Made by a program: the position numbers and the translations under genes. From NCBI RefSeq assembly GCF_009914755.1, contig NC_060925.1: a stretch of DNA of 64,000 nucleotides; one strand, written 5' to 3'. Below the pieces are notes generated by a model. The model was not told the origin of the DNA. It saw only the letters and a list, made by a program, of their open reading frames with translations, and did not search any database. This document shows, piece after piece, positions 58,018 through 64,000 of this stretch. Numbering within the stretch: the stretch's first letter is position 1; each line of letters starts with the position of its first letter. Source of the DNA: the human T2T-CHM13v2.0 reference genome, Homo sapiens.

Positions 58018-58056
<39 letters not shown>

Positions 58057-58150
58057 ACAGAAAGACAGAAACAGATGAGGTGTATGGGAACTCTTTTTTT
58101 AGCAATTTTTCCATAACCTAAAATTGTTCTAAAAAGTAAAATCTATTAAA
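57830..58150 (+). mobile_element. L1MC 3' end with internal inverted duplication and (TG)n(AG)n
   Basis: TTGTAACAGTTGTACCACACTAGTGCAAGATGTT...ACCTAAAATTGTTCTAAAAA. Confidence 0.78.
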
Positions 58151-59029
58151 ACAATACAGAGATCTCTGTGATCGCACCTAGAACATACCCGGGAAATACT
58201 GCTGATGCACTCATGTGCACTCACAGGAATCACAGAACTATACAGAGATGGGCGCCCTCCTCATTCCTTGGGGTAGACAGATATAGAAACAGGCTCAGCC
58301 AACATCAGATGTAACTTGCTCACTTTCTTTCCACTTCCCTTCAATAAATATGCAGTAGGTGAACATGCTTCATAGAATGGGAAATGCTACACAATTATTA
58401 AAAACGTGTGGGCTAAATCAATCTAAGAGATTGAAGAGAGCTGCTTCAAGTCATTATACTCAAGTGGACTCTGGGAGGGGTAGCCTTAGCATCTGCTCCT
58501 TCTGGCCAAGGGCCAAATGGATTGGGGTCCCGAGCACATCCACAGGAGGCCAGAATGGCTGTAACTGGTGTCTCTTGTCCTGATTAGAGGGTGAGGGCGG
58601 CTTCAGAGTTTCTAGAGTGTGGCCCCCGTCCTAAGGGGGCATTGGGATGGGGCTGCTCCTGAGCTGGGAGAAGGAGCTGGGATGAGTGTCAGGCAGTTGC
58701 TGAGGGGTGGAGGAGAAGGAGCGAGCAGTTGCTAAGAGAGCTGGCAGGAGTGGAGCTGGGTGATGTTTGACTCTGGATTAAAAAAATTTTTTAAGCAAGC
58801 AAAGAGAATTTCCACTCTGCCAGAGCTAGGAGACCTTTGAGACCATCTCTTCCATCTTCTCACTCTATAGCTGAGGAAACAGGGCCTGGAGGGATCCCCC
58901 AGAGACCCAGTGGCAGTCCCACACTAGGCTGGGCTGTCCCTGACTCCTAGGCTCATGCTTTGCAAAATTGAATGGGCCTGCAAAACAGCTCTCAAGCCTG
59001 AGCACTTCTCCCATCTCACCCAAGTAACT

Positions 59030-59490
59030 CCTCTGCCTTGAGCCTTTTAACGGCTTCTCATTCTGAGAGGAACCACTTACCTCCCCTACCATGGTATCTC
59101 AGGCCTTGACAGGCTGTCCTTCTCATCTCTCCAGTCCCATCTCTCTCCCCTTCTACCCACCTCCCCGCCCCTACCCAGCCTCCTCTCCATCCCCAACCCC
59201 CAGGCCCTGGAAGCACTGAAGACCCCTACTTTTCCTACCCAGCCAGGTGTCCTTTGTCTCCGGGATGGGATGTGTGCTCTTCCACCCCCAGTTCATCTCC
59301 CACTCTGCCTGCTACCAGCGGGGCTGCCATTTCCAGGACAGCCTTCCCCGAGAGTCCAGGCCTAGGTCAAATGTCCTGTAGTCCCTCCATTGTAGCTGTC
59401 TGCCTACCAGCCCTTATTTCCCACTGGGCCAGAGAGCACCGACAGAGCCTGGCGCAGAGGAGGTGCTTCATAAATATTTATTGACTGAAA
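59030..59490 (+). mobile_element. L2 3' fragment
   Basis: CAGAGCCTGGCGCAGAGGAGGTGCTTCATAAATATTTATTGACTGAA. Confidence 0.7.
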
Positions 59491-60444
59491 CTGGGTCTAC
59501 AAATATTTCTTACAGGCTACAAGCAGAAAGTATTAGTCTCAGTTCCCTCAGGCTCCCTCTCATCCCCTTCCCCCACCTCTCCATGCATCTGCTGGTGTTT
59601 AGGTTCCTTTTCCCCATGGCCCTGGAGAACCAGTGGACCAGGGCACCAGGGGCAACCGCAATGGCTCTGAACATGTGGATGGGATGAGGCTCTAAGTAAG
59701 GCAGGTTCATGGCTCCTATGCAAGTAGCTAGACTACTTCCTTGGCCATTTAAAACAAGGCATGACTGGTTTTTATCCCTGTGTGGAGATGGTACAATGCC
59801 TGCTATGGCAGTTGAACACGGCTGGTTGACGCACACACACTCTGCATTAAGTTTTATGCTTTCAACACCACCATGTTCAGTGTTTGCCCTCCCTGACAAG
59901 TGACTGCTGCTCTCCGGGGCTCTGCTCTGCCTGCTAGACCAGTCATCTTTACTGTGGTCTTTCCCCTTTATTGCCTTGGAAATGTATGGGCATTAACTTT
60001 TATGCTTTAAATCCAAATAGACGATAAAATTAAGGAAGCAGGTTAGTGTTAATCTACAGGGTTGCCTGTGGAAACAATCTGAGTCCTTCAGAGTCCTTGA
60101 GGGGATTTCTGAGGTTGTCCTCCCCTCCCTGAGCAAAACTTTCTGTAGCATGCAGAGAAGGGCTGTGCTTGGAAGGAGGTCAAATGCCCCTTGGGCCAAG
60201 GAGTGAAAACTTCCCTTTGCATGGCAAACTCAGCACATAGAAGCCAGAGATGGGCTCCGGGAAGAGGATCCCAGAGGAATGGGGGTAGCACGTGTCAGTC
60301 TGTCTGCTTCAGGCAGACCCAAATAAGCTTCACCTGCAAACACATTCGAGGGGGAAAGAACCAAGGCAGGTTACAGGTGACGGGTATGCACATGGAGTTC
60401 ATCACCCACATAAACCCTCCCGCCCTCTCACAGGGGGCAGCGGC

Positions 60445-60660
60445 TGTCATTTATCAAATGCCCACTTTGCACTGGGTGCTTGACTTACATTAGCTGTCAT
60501 CTTTGCCACAGCCCAGTGAGGAAAGCAGAGGTAAACCTTCTCTAATTTCTACATGAAGACATTGAGATACACAGCCAGCTGGTGGTAGAGGTAAGTTTTG
60601 AAGCCAGGCAATGAGCCCGTTCTAAAGCCCATGCTCTCTCATGATTTTGCACTGCCTCTG
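60445..60660 (-). mobile_element. MIR
   Basis: CATTTATCAAATGCCCACT...CAGCTGGTGGTAGAG. Confidence 0.65.
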
Positions 60661-61588
60661 CAGGAATTCCTAGAGATTAGGACCATATTAGGGGAGGGGA
60701 ATGGGGTCTGCCTGCTGGGCATAGAGCGAGAGAACAAAGAAGTGGGAGAGGCATCTGGGCTGGCAGGGCTGCAGCCCACCAGCCTTTGCATTTGACAGTC
60801 CTAGGCCTGCTGTGTGGCCAGGGGCAAACACTTCTGCAGGGACAGGAGAGGCAGCTTTGTCTGTGCGCCAGCTGCTGGGCAGGGTGTAATTAGGTGGGAA
60901 AGGCTCTAAATGTTCCACACAGGCAAATCACAACCTTGCAATTAAAAAAAGCTACATGGAAGTGCAGTGTGAAGGCGCCTGTGACTTCTGCTGTGCTTAT
61001 CATGGGGAGCAAGTCAGCCAGAAAACTGCTGCTCTGCAGTTCCTTGGATCCAACACTTAGCTGAACCTCTCAGGCTGACTTGATGGCACACACTTGGCTT
61101 CACCACTGCACCCTCTTGAATGCACTGCTGAGGGGCAGCCTTCTTGCCCTCTCCCAAAGTAGAGAGCACCGTGCTGGGCATGGTTCTCTCACAGCACACT
61201 GATAAGGCACAAGACACAATACAGCCCCACCTGTTCCAAATCTCCTCATTCCCGAGCACTGTGAGAGAGGCTGGCTCTGTTCAGTCATATCCAGGAGGCC
61301 TCTGGGGATTTTTAAAAAAAAAGGAAATTGGGATCATGACATGCTTGGAATATGGCGAGGATTTTTTCCTGCCATGTAAGTGCACTATAATGGGAAAAAA
61401 CAATCACTGTAAACAATATTTGTGGGCGAGACTCTGATGTGGCCCCAAAGTAGATGGATCTAGGGGAGGGGCCCAGTGACTTGATTAGACACTGTTTGAT
61501 GCTGCAAGTAAGCAGGCCCTGGCTTCCTATCAGCCTCTGTTCTTAGGACAATGCTGACACTAATACCTTGATGTACGTGGTACCTGTG

Positions 61589-62320
<732 letters not shown>

Positions 62321-64000
62321 GAAAATTGGTGCCGAGGAGTAGGGCATTGCTACAAAGATACCTGAAAATGTAGAAGCAGCTTTGGAACTTCACCCAGTAA
62401 TGGGTGAAGGCTGGAAGAATTTAGAGGGCTCAGAAGAAGAGAAAAAGATACGAGAAAGTTTGAAATTTCTTAAGGATTGGTTAAGTTTTTGTGACCAAAA
62501 TGCTGTTAGAAATATAGACAGTGAAGGCCATACACAAGGTTTCAGATGGAAATGAGGAACTTATTGGGAACTGGAGCAAAGGCCAGCATTGTCATAAATT
62601 GGCAAACAACTTGGCTGCCTTGTGTCCATGCCCTAGGGCTTTGTGGAAGGCTGAATTTAAGAGTGACGACCTGGCTGGGCGCGGTGGCTCTCATCTGTAA
62701 TCCCAGCACTTTGGGAGGCTGAGGCGGGCAGATCATGAGGTCACGAGTTCCAGACCAGCCTGGTTCACATGGTGAAACCCCGTCTCTACTAAAAATACAG
62801 AAATTAGCCAGGCATGGTGGCACGTGCACCTGTGATCCCAGCTACTTGGGAGGCTGAGAATCACTGAGAATCACTTGAATCCAGGAGGTGGAGGTTACAG
62901 TGGGCCAAGATCACACAGTGAGCCTGGGCAATAGAGCAAGACTCTGTCTAGGGGGAAAAAAAAGAAAAAAAAAGAGTGACAGCCTAGGGTATCTGGCAGA
63001 AGAAATTTCTAAGCAGCAAAGCATTCAAGAAGTGACATGGCTGCTTTTAACAGCTTATGCTCAGGTATGAGAGCAAAGGAATGACCTAAAGTTGAAATTT
63101 GTAGTTAAATGAGAAGCAGAGCATTAAAACTTAGAAAGTTTGCAGCCTGGCTGTGGTAGAAAAGGAAAGAGCATTTTCAGGAAAAGAACCCAAGGCTAGA
63201 GAGATTAGCAAGGAGAAAGGGAGCTGGGTGCTAATAGTCGAAACAATGGGAAAAAGGCCCCAAATGCATTCAGAAATCTTCAAGGCTGCCCCTCCCATCA
63301 CAGGCCCAGGGGCTTAAGGGAACAGAATGGTTTCAAGGGACAGGGCCCTGATGTTGCTGCTCTTCACCACCACCTTGGGTTGCTGCTCCCTGCATCTCTG
63401 CACTCCGGCTCTAGCCAGGGCTCAAAGGGTCCCTGGTACTGCTTGGTTCTACTACAGAGACAGAAGCAGTAAGCCTTGGCAGCTCCATGTGGTGCTAAAT
63501 CTGCAGCTGCACAGAATGCAAGAGGGGTGGAGGCTTGGCACCTTCCTCCTAGCTTTCAGAGGGTGTTGGAAAGCCTGGGTGCCCAGGAAGAAACCTCCCT
63601 CAGGGGCAGAACCCCTGCAGGGAGACTCTGCTAGAGCAGTGCCTAGTGGAGCTGTGGAATGAGGCTGCCATGGATACCTCAGAATTATAGAGCCACCAGC
63701 AGCATGCAACCTCAGCCTGGAAAAGCTGCAGGCACTAGACTCCAGTCTGCAAGAATGGCCACATGGACTGCACCCAGCAAAGCCATGGGGGCAGTGCTAC
63801 CTGAAGCCTTGAAAGCTCACCCCTCACCTAGGATGCTGGACATGGAGTCAAGGGAGATTATTTTGGACCTTTAAGATTTAGTGTCTGCCTTGCTGGGTTT
63901 TGAACTTCTGTGAGTCCTCTTACTCCTTTGTTTTGGCTGATTTCTCCCTTTTGGAATGGCGATGTTTACCCAATGTCTGTTCCACTATTGTACCTTAGAA
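62321..64000 (+). mobile_element. MST internal sequence (MaLR-int), continues past the window
   Basis: GAAAATTGGTGCCGAGGAG...GATACCTGAAAATG; GAAGAAATTTCTAAGCAGCAAAGCATTCAAG. Confidence 0.9.
62673..62971 (+). mobile_element. AluS (Sg-like)
   Basis: TSD AAGAGTGAC(GA/AG)CCT at 62659-62672 and 62972-62985. Confidence 0.92.

Overview
Non-coding DNA from a hominid primate, probably human or a great ape (AluJ/S/Y, L1PA2, HSMAR1, MaLR and HERV-I remnants). Transposable elements dominate. I can support no host protein-coding exon, tRNA, rRNA or CRISPR array; the long ORFs in the track come from L1, ERV, mariner, Alu or tandem repeats. Main landmarks: a full-length but inactivated L1PA2 (11699-17701, 16-bp TSD) whose antisense ORF0 is still open; a near full-length old L1MD (25665-32532) with nested insertions; a 27 x 16-bp E-box minisatellite (33423-33852); a 5'-truncated HERV-I/IP10-type provirus (51151-54186); and an MSTB LTR plus internal sequence running off the end. 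I found no convincing new biological system. The most unusual signals are mutational fossils: a ~60-bp alpha-satellite fragment inside the ERV integrase gene, an Alu monomer that seems to carry a 3' transduction between its TSDs, an inverted templated insertion copied from a neighbouring LTR, a 27-bp-stem fold-back hairpin, and a probable L1 insertion-mediated deletion. Repeat family names come from my recollection of consensus sequences and need RepeatMasker/Dfam confirmation. Boundaries of old elements are approximate.
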